DNA of 64,000 bases from an uncultured Clostridia bacterium (GTDB lineage: Bacteria > Bacillota > Clostridia > TANB77 > CAG-508). The DNA is taken from contig CALXFG010000003.1 in assembly GCA_944387505.1 (NCBI GenBank), positions 751 to 64,750 on the forward strand. Direction: 5' to 3'. Every line of letters begins with the position of its first letter. The first letter of the stretch is position 1. Positions 33,043 to 43,117 of this stretch are shown here, piece by piece. The translations under genes were made by a program, and so were the position numbers. The notes beneath the pieces were generated by a model. It had not been told where the DNA came from and did not search any database. It saw only the letters and a program-made list of their open reading frames with translations.

Positions 33043-35034
33043 ATGAATGAAATCAAACTATCAAGCAAGAAAAAAATGAAAAATATTTTATTTATATCAT
33101 TTTTAATCATCATATGTTTAATTGTAAGATTAGGATATATACAATTAATACAAGGAAAAGAATTGGCGAAGTTAGCCTATGAACAACAAACATTAGATAG
33201 AAAAATTAATCCTAAAAGAGGAACCATTTATGATGCAACAGGAAAAAACATATTAGCTGTCAGTAGTACAGTAGAAACAGTGACAGTCAATCCAGGTAAT
33301 ATTTCTGCTGAAAATAAAGAAAAAGTTGCCAAAGCTTTGTCAGAAATATTTGAATTAGATTATGAAACGGTATTAAAAAAAGTAAAGAAAAGAAGTTCTA
33401 TTGAAACCATTGTGAAAAAAGTAGAAAAGGAAAAAACAGATGAATTAAGAAAATGGATAGAAGAAAATAATATGACAAGTGGAATTAATATTGATGAAGA
33501 TACAAAACGATATTATCCATATAACAATTTTGCATCACAAATTATTGGATTTTGTGGAAGTGATAATCAAGGTTTAGATGGAATAGAAGCAAAATATGAA
33601 GAAGAATTAAAAGGAGAGCAAGGTGCTATTCAAAAACATACAGATGCAAAAGGAGGAGAAATCGGAGAAGAAGGAGAAAATTATGTACCTGCCATAGATG
33701 GAAATGATTTAGTATTAACCATTGATTTAACGATTCAATCCATTGTTGAAAAATATTTAAAAGAAGCTTGTATTGATAATGTTTGTACAGATGGTGGAAG
33801 TATTATTGTTATGAATCCACAAAATGGAGATATTCTAGCTATGGCAAATTATCCAAACTATAACTTAAATGAGCCATATGAACCATATACAGAAGAACTA
33901 AAAGCAACATGGGATTCTTTAGAACAAGCAGAGAAAACAACATATTTACAAGTCGTATGGAGAAATAAAGCCATTGCAGATACCTATGAGCCAGGTTCTG
34001 TATTTAAATTAATTACAGCTTCTGCAGCACTAGAAGAAGGAATTACAGATACGGATAATGAAGGAGAATTTTGTTGTACTGGAGGAATTGAAGTAGCAGG
34101 TGTCAGAATAAAGTGTTGGAGATATTATAGGCCTCATGGATCAGAAAGTTTAAGGCAAGCTTTGATGAATTCTTGTAATCCTGTTTTTATTGGATTAGGA
34201 CAAAAAATGGGAGTAACCAAATATTATGAATATTTAGAAAAATTCAAGTTATTACAAACAACAGGGATTGATTTACCAGGAGAAGCAGGAAGTATCTTCC
34301 TAGCAAAAGAAAAAGCAGGACCAGTAGAATTGGCAACTATCAGTTTTGGGCAAAGATTTGAAATTACGCCAATACAATTGGCAACAGCAGTATCTAGTAT
34401 TGCTAATGGAGGAACCAGTATAAAACCAAGAGTGGTAAAGCAAATTATTGATAGTGAAACAAAAGAAGTAACAGATATTCCAGTACAAAAGGGAGATACG
34501 GTTATTTCCAAAGAAACTTCTGAAAAAGTATTAAGTATGATGGAAAGTGTTGTATCAGAAGGAACTGGTAAAAATGCAAAAGTGGCAGGATATAGAATTG
34601 GAGGAAAAACAGGAACCTCAGAAGATGGTGTAAACACCAACAAATATGTCACATCTTTTTGTGGAGTAGCACCAATTGATAATCCACAAGTGGTGGTATT
34701 GGTTACTTTATATAATCCAACAGGTGAAGGGGGACACCAAGGGGGTGGTGTAGCAGCACCAGTAGGTGGGCAGATATTTAGTGAAATCTTGCCATATTTA
34801 GAAGTAAATAAACAAGTATTAGAAGAAGATGATGAAGAAGTGATTCATCAAATACAAGTACCAAATATTATGGGAAAATCGTTAGAAGAAGCAAAACAGA
34901 TTTTAAAAGAGAACAATTTAGAAATGTATTTAGAAAATGAAGAAGTAGATATGGAAAATACCTATGTAAAAAATCAAATTCCAAGTTCAGGAATCACTGT
35001 AAATGAACAAAGTAAAGTAGTTGTGGAATATTAA
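33043..35034 (+). CDS. Class B penicillin-binding protein (FtsI/SpoVD-like) with one PASTA domain
   Basis: SxxK (SVFK), SxN (SCN) and KTG (KTGT) motifs. N-terminal TM, C-terminal PASTA. Confidence 0.92.
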   Translation: MNEIKLSSKKKMKNILFISFLIIICLIVRLGYIQLIQGKELAKLAYEQQTLDRKINPKRGTIYDATGKNILAVSSTVETVTVNPGNISAENKEKVAKALSEIFELDYETVLKKVKKRSSIETIVKKVEKEKTDELRKWIEENNMTSGINIDEDTKRYYPYNNFASQIIGFCGSDNQGLDGIEAKYEEELKGEQGAIQKHTDAKGGEIGEEGENYVPAIDGNDLVLTIDLTIQSIVEKYLKEACIDNVCTDGGSIIVMNPQNGDILAMANYPNYNLNEPYEPYTEELKATWDSLEQAEKTTYLQVVWRNKAIADTYEPGSVFKLITASAALEEGITDTDNEGEFCCTGGIEVAGVRIKCWRYYRPHGSESLRQALMNSCNPVFIGLGQKMGVTKYYEYLEKFKLLQTTGIDLPGEAGSIFLAKEKAGPVELATISFGQRFEITPIQLATAVSSIANGGTSIKPRVVKQIIDSETKEVTDIPVQKGDTVISKETSEKVLSMMESVVSEGTGKNAKVAGYRIGGKTGTSEDGVNTNKYVTSFCGVAPIDNPQVVVLVTLYNPTGEGGHQGGGVAAPVGGQIFSEILPYLEVNKQVLEEDDEEVIHQIQVPNIMGKSLEEAKQILKENNLEMYLENEEVDMENTYVKNQIPSSGITVNEQSKVVVEY

Positions 35035-35068
35035 AAAAACCAAGGATAAATATTTATCTTGTATAAGA

Positions 35069-35143
35069 AGTTACAATTCACAGTTTATATTAATATGAAT
35101 CTATATGCATTCTATAGAATATTTTTTGCTGTGAATTGTAACT
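35069..35143. repeat. Palindromic element G (15-bp perfect arms)
   Basis: AGTTACAATTCACAG (35069-35083) / CTGTGAATTGTAACT (35129-35143). Confidence 0.8.
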
Positions 35144-35252
35144 ATAGGAAAAAATATGAAAAATTTTTCCTAATAAAAATATTGTAATAAAATAACGAAT
35201 ATTATATAATAAAAAAGATAAATATAATAAACAAAAGAAAGGAAGATACGAT

Positions 35253-38200
35253 TTGAAAAAGAACATTAAAAACAAAAGTAAAGTCATCATTAGTATCATT
35301 TTTATCGTGATATTAGTAGTAGGAATGTTATCAATGTATTTAAAAAGTAATACAGAAAAGATATCTTTAGCAGGGAATTGGTTAAATGCAATGAATGCCA
35401 ATGTGGAACAAAGAACAGTAGGAAGTGGACTAGAATCTGCATACATTGAATGGGAAAATGTTGATGGAGCCACAGGATATAATGTATATATATGTAATGA
35501 GGCATCTGGTAACTATGAGCAACTAGATAATGAATTAATCAGACAATATAAAGATGGAGCAGCTTCTTATTGGAGAGCAGATGCTGTAGGATTAAAAGCA
35601 GGAAAATATCATTTTAGAATTGTACCAATCATAAATGGTCAAAACGATAGTAGCAAACAATTTGATTCAGATGTCATAACTGTACAAGCACATGATAGAA
35701 CAGGATTTGCATGGGTAGATGGAGAAACAACAGGTGCATATAATATAGATGGTACATTAAAAGAAAATGCGAATGTTTTATATGTTACAGAAGAAACTAA
35801 AGATACTGTTTCTTTAGAAGTACAAACAAGTTCAAATGGAAAAACAGAAACAGCACAAGGATTACAAAATATTTTAGATTTATATAAAAAAGGATATGAT
35901 GCCACACCACTTGTTATCAGATTTATTGGTAAAGTAACTGACCCAAGTACATTAGATGGTGGAGATATTGTCATTAGTGGAAGTGGTTCAGATAAAAGAA
36001 TCAATTGTGGAATCACATTAGAAGGAATTGGAGAAGATGCCACATTATATGGATATGGTATTAGAATCAAAAATGCGACAAATGTAGAAATTAGAAATAT
36101 AGCAGTTATGCTAACAGATAGTGATGAAGGAGATAGTATTGGACTTCAACAAGAAAATGATCATGTATGGGTACATAATTGTGACTTCTTCTATGGAGAG
36201 CCAGGAAGCGATTCAGATCAAGTAAAAGGTGACGGCGCATTAGATTGTAAGAAATCAACTTATGTAACATTTTCATATAATCATTTCTTTGACACAGGAA
36301 AGAGTAATCTTTTAGGCTTAAGTGAAGATACAACAGATGGATTATATATTACGTATCATCATAATTGGTATGACCATTCTGATTCAAGACATCCAAGAAT
36401 TAGATTTTACTCTGCACATGTATACAATAATTATTATGATGGAAATTCAAAATATGGTGTAGGAGCATGTTTGGGTTCATCTGTTTTAGTAGAAGGAAAC
36501 TACTTTAGAAATTGTAAAGATCCTATGATGATTTCTATGCAAGGTTCTGATACAAGTGGAACATTTTCTAAAGAAGATGGAGGAATGATAAAAGCATATA
36601 ATAATTATATGACAGGACAAAAATCATATATACCATATTCACAAGATAATAAAAGTTTTGATGCTTATGAAGTATCAAACATTGATGAAACAATACCTAG
36701 TTCAGTAAAATCATTGCAAGGGGGAAATACATATAATAATTTTGATACCTCAAGTATTATGTATAAATATGAAGCAGATAGCCCAGATGTAGCAAAACAA
36801 AAAGTAGAAACATATGCTGGTCGTTTAAATGGAGGAGACTTTAAATGGGAATTTAATGATTCTGAAGATGATGAATCAGATAAATTAAATACAGAATTAA
36901 AAGAGGCTTTAGAAAATTATGAAACCAATTTGTTGTCAGTCGGTGGAAATTCTATTGATTCACCAGAAGAGCCAGAAGAGCCAGAGCCAGAAGAACCAGA
37001 GAAGCCACAAGTGATTCCAGTAGAAGGTATAGCATTGAATATGCAAGAAGTTACATTAGAAATAGGAGAATCAACAACATTGGAAGCAACCATAACACCA
37101 GATAATGCAACAAATAAAAATGTAACTTGGAGTTCAAAAGATAGTGATATAGCAAGTGTGAATGATGGTGGACAAGTAATAGCTAAAGAAGAAGGAGAAA
37201 CAACGATAACCGTAACGACAGAAGATGGAGAAAAAACAGCAACTTGTAGTGTTACAGTACTTCCAAATGAAGAGCCAGAACCTGAACCAGAGCCAGAAGT
37301 AATTCCAGTAGAAAATGTAGTATTAAATCAAAATAATGTCACTTTAAATGTTGGAGAAACAGCTAATTTAGAAGCAACCATAACACCAGATAATGCAACA
37401 AACAAAAATGTAACTTGGAGTTCAGAAGATAGTGATATAGCAAGGGTAGATAATAATGGACAAGTAACAGCAATAAGTTCAGGTGAGACAACAATAATGG
37501 TAACCACAGAAGATGGAGAAAAAACAGCAGCTTGTAGTGTTACAGTACTTCCAAATGAAGAGCCAGAACCTGAACCTGAGCCTGAGCCTGAACCAGAACC
37601 TGAACCAGATCCAGATCCAGAAGAAATTCACGTAGAAAAAGTTGATTTGAATTTACAAAATGTTTCGTTAGAAATTGGAGAAAAAGCAACATTAGTAGCC
37701 ATTATCACACCAAATGATGCTACAAATAAAAATGTAACTTGGGCATCTGAAGATGAAAATATAGCAAGTGTAGATGATGGAATTGTAACAGCAATCGGAC
37801 CAGGAGAAACAACGATAACTGTAACGACGGAAGATGGAGAAAAAACAGCAACATGCAGAATTACGGTTACAGAAGAAGTGGAAGAGTTGATATCAACCAT
37901 TTCTTATGATTATACTGAACGAACAAATCAAAATGTTACAGCAACCATTACATTTAATAGAGATGATGTTACTATAACCAATAACGAAGGAAGTAATGAA
38001 TATGTTTTTGAAGAAAATGGAACATTTACTTTTGAATATATCGATAGTGAAGGAAATGTTTCTCAAAACATAGCAAGAGTTATTTGGATAGATAAAGAAG
38101 GACCACAAATCAATGTAAATTATGAAACAATCAATAATGGACAAGCGGTACAAGTAACCATACAAGCAAATGAAGAATTAAAACCAATAGAAGGCTGGAC

Positions 38201-38528
38201 ATTATCAGAAGATAGATTGTCAATAAGCAAGACTTTTGATGAAAACCAAATAGAAACCATTCAATTAAGTGATTTAGCAGGAAATATCGTTGAAACAACT
38301 ATCACTGTCCAAAATATAGAACAACCAGGAGATGGAAATCAAAATAATAGTAGTACAACAAATACGATTACAGGAAATACAAATAACTATAAAGATGATA
38401 CAGTAGCAAATACTATTTTACCAAGTGCCGGATTTTCAACGATGATAAAAGTTCTTATTGCAATCGTATTACTAGGAACAATTGGTTTCTATATTCGTTA
38501 TAGATATTTGAAAAACATATTTAAATAA
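35253..38528 (+). CDS. Cell-surface pectate-lyase-like (PL1 fold) protein with three Big_2 repeats, Pro-Glu linkers and a C-terminal membrane/sortase-like anchor
   Basis: PL1-like WVHNCDF, GDGALDCKK and HHNWYDHSDSRHPRIRF. Three repeats of ...ATITPDNATNKNVTWSS.D..IA... Anchor LPSAGFSTMIKVLIAIVLLGTIGFYIRYRY. Confidence 0.8.
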   Translation: MKKNIKNKSKVIISIIFIVILVVGMLSMYLKSNTEKISLAGNWLNAMNANVEQRTVGSGLESAYIEWENVDGATGYNVYICNEASGNYEQLDNELIRQYKDGAASYWRADAVGLKAGKYHFRIVPIINGQNDSSKQFDSDVITVQAHDRTGFAWVDGETTGAYNIDGTLKENANVLYVTEETKDTVSLEVQTSSNGKTETAQGLQNILDLYKKGYDATPLVIRFIGKVTDPSTLDGGDIVISGSGSDKRINCGITLEGIGEDATLYGYGIRIKNATNVEIRNIAVMLTDSDEGDSIGLQQENDHVWVHNCDFFYGEPGSDSDQVKGDGALDCKKSTYVTFSYNHFFDTGKSNLLGLSEDTTDGLYITYHHNWYDHSDSRHPRIRFYSAHVYNNYYDGNSKYGVGACLGSSVLVEGNYFRNCKDPMMISMQGSDTSGTFSKEDGGMIKAYNNYMTGQKSYIPYSQDNKSFDAYEVSNIDETIPSSVKSLQGGNTYNNFDTSSIMYKYEADSPDVAKQKVETYAGRLNGGDFKWEFNDSEDDESDKLNTELKEALENYETNLLSVGGNSIDSPEEPEEPEPEEPEKPQVIPVEGIALNMQEVTLEIGESTTLEATITPDNATNKNVTWSSKDSDIASVNDGGQVIAKEEGETTITVTTEDGEKTATCSVTVLPNEEPEPEPEPEVIPVENVVLNQNNVTLNVGETANLEATITPDNATNKNVTWSSEDSDIARVDNNGQVTAISSGETTIMVTTEDGEKTAACSVTVLPNEEPEPEPEPEPEPEPEPDPDPEEIHVEKVDLNLQNVSLEIGEKATLVAIITPNDATNKNVTWASEDENIASVDDGIVTAIGPGETTITVTTEDGEKTATCRITVTEEVEELISTISYDYTERTNQNVTATITFNRDDVTITNNEGSNEYVFEENGTFTFEYIDSEGNVSQNIARVIWIDKEGPQINVNYETINNGQAVQVTIQANEELKPIEGWTLSEDRLSISKTFDENQIETIQLSDLAGNIVETTITVQNIEQPGDGNQNNSSTTNTITGNTNNYKDDTVANTILPSAGFSTMIKVLIAIVLLGTIGFYIRYRYLKNIFK
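37014..37870 (+). repeat. Three tandem ~290-320-bp coding repeats (Big_2 domains) separated by (GAR CCW)n Pro-Glu linkers
   Basis: Units start near 37014, 37302 and 37624. The longest PE-coding tract is 37559-37622. Confidence 0.85.
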
Positions 38529-38625
38529 GCATATATGATAAAAAAAGAAGGGATAAACAAGATTTACATCTGTTTATCCCTTCTCCTAGCTACAGGATAT
38601 TACCCTGTAGCTAAAAAAGATTTTT

Positions 38626-38994
38626 TTATAACTGTGAGAGTGCTTCATAGAAGCTGAAGTCACTCAGGAAGTCTCTGCTAATATCCATAGAGTTTCTGTG
38701 GTTGTCTAACCACATTCGACACTCGGGTGTGTCATAGGTAAGCCCATCAGGGTTATACTTCCCGTTGGAAGTGATAGGGGTATACCCACCTCTGTGAGCA
38801 ATTTCACTTGCTGCTGTTTCAGCCAGGCCAACAAGTTGCGTTATCGTCTCCTCAGAAGACATAATAATCAAGATATTGGCCTTGGCTTCGTGAACTTTGT
38901 TCCTTAACTCTTCGTTAAGGATATAAAGCTCTGCGTCTGACAGATTCTTCAGCCGTTCCAAATCCCTCTCATTAAAAAAAATCTTTTTTGACAT
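38626..38994 (-). CDS. Hypothetical protein (122 aa), GC-enriched orphan
   Basis: Clean ORF with clearly higher GC than its neighbours. Own terminator hairpin TAGCTACAGG/CCTGTAGCTA (38591-38616). Confidence 0.55.
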   Translation of the reverse strand: MSKKIFFNERDLERLKNLSDAELYILNEELRNKVHEAKANILIIMSSEETITQLVGLAETAASEIAHRGGYTPITSNGKYNPDGLTYDTPECRMWLDNHRNSMDISRDFLSDFSFYEALSQL

Positions 38995-39097
38995 AATATA
39001 GTCCTCCTTTGCTGTTTTATATCATAATTCATTATACCATAAATAGATGACATAATCAATTTATATGCGTGATATAGAGGAAAAAGAAAGACAAACT

Positions 39098-39328
39098 GTT
39101 ATTGTTCATACATCCCACTCTAAGAGGAATGATAGGGTATCTTTTTAAAGTTCTCGGCTCCCCTCCGATTTCCGTTTAAGAAATTCTAATATTTAAATCG
39201 TAACGATACCCGGAAACAGGACCCTTTACGACTTAAATATAAGAATTTCTAAAACGACTCCGGTCGCATTCGAACATTTAAAAATATACCATATCATTCC
39301 TCTTAGAGTGGGATGTATGAACAGTAAC
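39098..39328. repeat. Long nested palindromic element A (~230 bp; 32-bp perfect terminal arms)
   Basis: Arms 39103-39134 and 39292-39323 are perfect reverse complements. The interior folds back imperfectly around 39210. Confidence 0.9.
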
Positions 39329-39461
39329 GATAAACTTAGAATTTAAAAGTAAAAAAATATAAAAACTCTATACAAAAAACAATTTTCGTTATATAATATG
39401 AGAGATTAAATGGAATAATTTGCATATAATTAAGTATTAATAATCGAAAGGACTGAAAAAA

Positions 39462-40958
39462 ATGAAATTAAAAGAAATGTTAGTAGGTTTAGAAAATTTA
39501 AAAGTAAAAGGAGATTTAGATATTGAAATATCTGGAATTGAAAATAATTCAAAAAATGTAAAACAAGGAGATTTATTTGTAGCAATACAAGGATTTTCAA
39601 CAGATGGTCATCAATATGTGGAAAATGCCATAGAAAATGGTGCAGTTGCCATCATGATACAAGAAGGTTGTAACTTAAAAGGTGCTAAAATACCAGATAA
39701 TATAACTGTTGTCATGGCAAAAGATACAAGAGAAGGATTAGCTATTGCATCAGATAATTTTTATGATCATCCATCAAGAAAATTTAAATTAATTGGTGTT
39801 ACAGGAACAAAAGGTAAAACAACAACAACTTTTATGATAAAAGAAATATTTGAAAAAGCAGGAAAAAAAGTAGGCTTAATTGGAACAATTGCAACATATA
39901 TTAATGGGAAAAAAGTAAAAGATAGTGATAGAACAACACCAGAAAGTTTAGAATTACAACAAACATTTAATGAAATGGTAAAACAAGGTGTTGAAATTGT
40001 GGTTATGGAAGTTTCATCACAAAGTTTAAAATTAAATAGAGTAGAAGGATGTAATTTTGATATTGTCGTATTTACAAACTTTTCAGAAGATCATATCAGT
40101 CCTAAAGAGCATCCAGATATGGAAGATTACTTTAACTCAAAATTAAAATTGTTTAAAATGTGCAAAACAGGAATCACAAATGCAGATGATTTGCATGGAG
40201 CAAAAATACCAAGATTATTCCCAGATAGCAATATCACAACATATGGAATTGATAATTATGCAAATCTTTTAGCAAAAGATATCACGATTACAAATTCTTA
40301 TGTAGATTTTAAAGTAAAATTAAAAGATAGAAATGAAAGAGTAAAAACAGGAATACCTGGAAGGTTTAGTGTATATAATTCATTAGCGGCTATTTGTGTT
40401 GCACAAAAATTTGGAATTGCTCCTGAACCGATAAAAGAAGCTTTGGCAGAGGTGAGAGTGCCAGGAAGATCTGAATTAGTAGATAATAAAAGAGAAATAC
40501 CAATTATGATAGATTATGCACATTCACCAGAAAGTCTAGAAAATATATTACAAGCAACAAAAAGTTATACAAGAGGAAAAGTCATATCTGTATTTGGTTG
40601 TGGTGGAGATAGAGATGCAGGTAAAAGACCAATCATGGGAGAAATATCAGGAAGAATTGCTGATTTTACTTTTATTACATCTGACAACCCAAGAACAGAA
40701 GATCCTAATAAAATTGTAGAACAAATAGAAGAAGGTATGAAAAAAACAAATGGAAAGTACAAAGTGATTGTAGATAGAACAGAAGCAATCAAAGAAGCTA
40801 TCAAAATGGCAACTAAGAGAGACATTGTTATTCTAGCAGGAAAAGGACATGAGCCATATCAAGAAATTAATGGAGAAAAATATCCATTTGATGAGAGAGT
40901 GATTGTTAGAGATATCATAGATGAATTAGAAAATGAATCAAAGAATAAGAAAAAATAA
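39462..40958 (+). CDS. murE: UDP-N-acetylmuramoyl-L-alanyl-D-glutamate--2,6-diaminopimelate ligase
   Basis: P-loop GVTGTKGKTTT. The DNPR motif (SDNPRTEDP) is typical of meso-DAP-adding MurE. Confidence 0.95.
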   Translation: MKLKEMLVGLENLKVKGDLDIEISGIENNSKNVKQGDLFVAIQGFSTDGHQYVENAIENGAVAIMIQEGCNLKGAKIPDNITVVMAKDTREGLAIASDNFYDHPSRKFKLIGVTGTKGKTTTTFMIKEIFEKAGKKVGLIGTIATYINGKKVKDSDRTTPESLELQQTFNEMVKQGVEIVVMEVSSQSLKLNRVEGCNFDIVVFTNFSEDHISPKEHPDMEDYFNSKLKLFKMCKTGITNADDLHGAKIPRLFPDSNITTYGIDNYANLLAKDITITNSYVDFKVKLKDRNERVKTGIPGRFSVYNSLAAICVAQKFGIAPEPIKEALAEVRVPGRSELVDNKREIPIMIDYAHSPESLENILQATKSYTRGKVISVFGCGGDRDAGKRPIMGEISGRIADFTFITSDNPRTEDPNKIVEQIEEGMKKTNGKYKVIVDRTEAIKEAIKMATKRDIVILAGKGHEPYQEINGEKYPFDERVIVRDIIDELENESKNKKK

Positions 40959-40981
40959 AACAAAAGAAAGGTTGGATTAAA

Positions 40982-41962
40982 TTGATATTCGAGGCAAAAG
41001 TATTGATAATCTCATTTATCGTATCCATTATTATGGGATTTATCATTATTCCGATATTGAAAAAAAGAAAAGTAGGGCAAATAGAAAGAGATGACGGACC
41101 ACAATCTCATTTGAAAAAACAAGGAACTCCAACAATGGGAGGAATTATTATCATTATTACCATGACTTTGGTGGTAATAGGAACATATATCTATTTATCC
41201 ATTATAGGAGAAACAGATATAGCGCATAAATTGTTACCAATATTATTATTAACCATTGGATTTGGATTGATTGGATTTATAGATGATTTCAAAAAATTAG
41301 TATTAAAAAATACAGAAGGTTTAAAACCAAGTTATAAAATGATAGGCTTACTGATTATTTCAGTAGCATATGTGATTTATTTAGTATATGGATTAAAAAT
41401 TGAAACACAAACCTATATACCAATTATAAAAACATATATCAATATGCCTGTTTTTGTATATATTCCATTTGCGATTGTTGTTATATTAGGAGCAACAAAT
41501 GCAGTCAATTTAACAGATGGAATTGATGGCTTATCATCTAGTATATGTGCGATTATTATTACCACTTTAGCGATTATAGGAATTAGTTTACAATTATATG
41601 AAGTATCTATATTTGCAAGTATTGTCATAGGTGCAGTTTTAGGATTTTTAATGTTTAATATTCATCCAGCGAAAGTGTTTATGGGAGATACAGGATCTCT
41701 TATGTTAGGAGGCGTTATATCAGGATTAGCACTATACCTAGAAATGCCATTATTATTACTTGTCATTGCATTAATACCAGTATTAGAAACCATATCTGTT
41801 ATGATACAAGTAGTATATTTTAAAAAGACAGGAAAACGATTTTTCAAAATGGCACCATTACATCACCACTTTGAATTATCCGGTTGGAAAGAAAATAAAG
41901 TAGTGGTTGTATTTAGTGTAGCAACATTATTATTATGTATCATTGGACTAAAGATAATATAA
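40982..41962 (+). CDS. mraY: Phospho-N-acetylmuramoyl-pentapeptide transferase
   Basis: Polytopic. NAVNLTDGIDGL and MGDTGSL motifs. TTG start. Confidence 0.95.
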   Translation: MIFEAKVLIISFIVSIIMGFIIIPILKKRKVGQIERDDGPQSHLKKQGTPTMGGIIIIITMTLVVIGTYIYLSIIGETDIAHKLLPILLLTIGFGLIGFIDDFKKLVLKNTEGLKPSYKMIGLLIISVAYVIYLVYGLKIETQTYIPIIKTYINMPVFVYIPFAIVVILGATNAVNLTDGIDGLSSSICAIIITTLAIIGISLQLYEVSIFASIVIGAVLGFLMFNIHPAKVFMGDTGSLMLGGVISGLALYLEMPLLLLVIALIPVLETISVMIQVVYFKKTGKRFFKMAPLHHHFELSGWKENKVVVVFSVATLLLCIIGLKII

Positions 41963-41982
41963 TTTAAGGAAGGAAGAAAGTA

Positions 41983-43116
41983 ATGTCAAAGAAGAAAGGG
42001 AAGAGTTTTTCAAGCTTTCTAAAAAACCCAATTGATTTTACATTATTGATAACAATATTATTATTGTTATCAATAGGACTAATTATGGTACTTTCAGCAA
42101 GTTCACCATCAGCACTTTCTGAAAGTGGAAATAGTTACTCATATTTTTTTAGACAGGCAATTTTTGCAATAGCTGGACTATTTATGATGTGGGTAATTTC
42201 TAACATTGATTATCGATTTTATCAAAAATATTATAAATTAGCATATATTATAGCTTTCTTATTGCTATTAGCAGTACCACTTATAGGTAGAGAAGTAAAT
42301 GGTGCAAAAAGATGGATATATATTACAGAATCACTTTCATTTCAACCATCTGAAATTGTAAAATTATTAATGATATTATTTTATGCGGGAATATTGGTGA
42401 AAAATAGAGATGAACTAAATAAATATGGTAAAGGATTTGTTAAACATATATTATTAGTAGTGCCAATCATTGCATTATTATTAATAGAACCACATTTTAG
42501 TGCTTCAATGATTATTATTGGAATTATAGCTATCATGATGATTATTGCAGGATGTAAATTTTGGCATTTCCTTGTATCAGGTTTAGTTGTGGGGGTACCA
42601 GGAATTATAGGCTTAATTCTTTTAGAACCATATAGATTACAAAGAGTTATGACCTTTTTAAACCCATGGAGTGATCCAACAGGAGATGGATGGCAAGTCA
42701 TCCAAAGTTTATATGCCATTGGATCAGGAGGATTATTCGGAGCAGGATTAGGAGAAAGTAAACAAAAATATTTGTATATCCCAGAACCACATAATGATTT
42801 TATATTCTCAATATTAGCAGAAGAATTAGGATTTATAGGATGTGCAGTAGTTATCATATTATTTGCTATATTTATATGGAGAGGCATATTAATTGCAATG
42901 AAATCACCAGATATGTTTGGAAGTTTAGTGGCTATAGGAATTACTGCACAAGTAGCAATACAAGTGATTATTAATATAGCAGTTGTTACATCATCCATGC
43001 CAGCAACAGGAATGCCATTACCATTCTTTAGTTATGGAGGAACATCACTATTTATCTTGCTGTGTGAGATGGGCGTGCTGTTAAACATATCGAAAGCAGG
43101 AGCAAAAAAAGAATAG
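41983..43116 (+). CDS. ftsW: SEDS-family peptidoglycan glycosyltransferase FtsW/SpoVE
   Basis: 10-TM SEDS pattern with FQPSEIVKL and PLPFFSYGGTS. Confidence 0.92.
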   Translation: MSKKKGKSFSSFLKNPIDFTLLITILLLLSIGLIMVLSASSPSALSESGNSYSYFFRQAIFAIAGLFMMWVISNIDYRFYQKYYKLAYIIAFLLLLAVPLIGREVNGAKRWIYITESLSFQPSEIVKLLMILFYAGILVKNRDELNKYGKGFVKHILLVVPIIALLLIEPHFSASMIIIGIIAIMMIIAGCKFWHFLVSGLVVGVPGIIGLILLEPYRLQRVMTFLNPWSDPTGDGWQVIQSLYAIGSGGLFGAGLGESKQKYLYIPEPHNDFIFSILAEELGFIGCAVVIILFAIFIWRGILIAMKSPDMFGSLVAIGITAQVAIQVIINIAVVTSSMPATGMPLPFFSYGGTSLFILLCEMGVLLNISKAGAKKE

Positions 43117-43117
43117 A

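Noticed and set aside
37559-37622. The Pro-Glu coding hexanucleotide repeat as an independent non-coding repeat element
   Set aside because: It is in frame within the lyase ORF and encodes a typical PEPE inter-domain linker. It is reported only as part of that gene.
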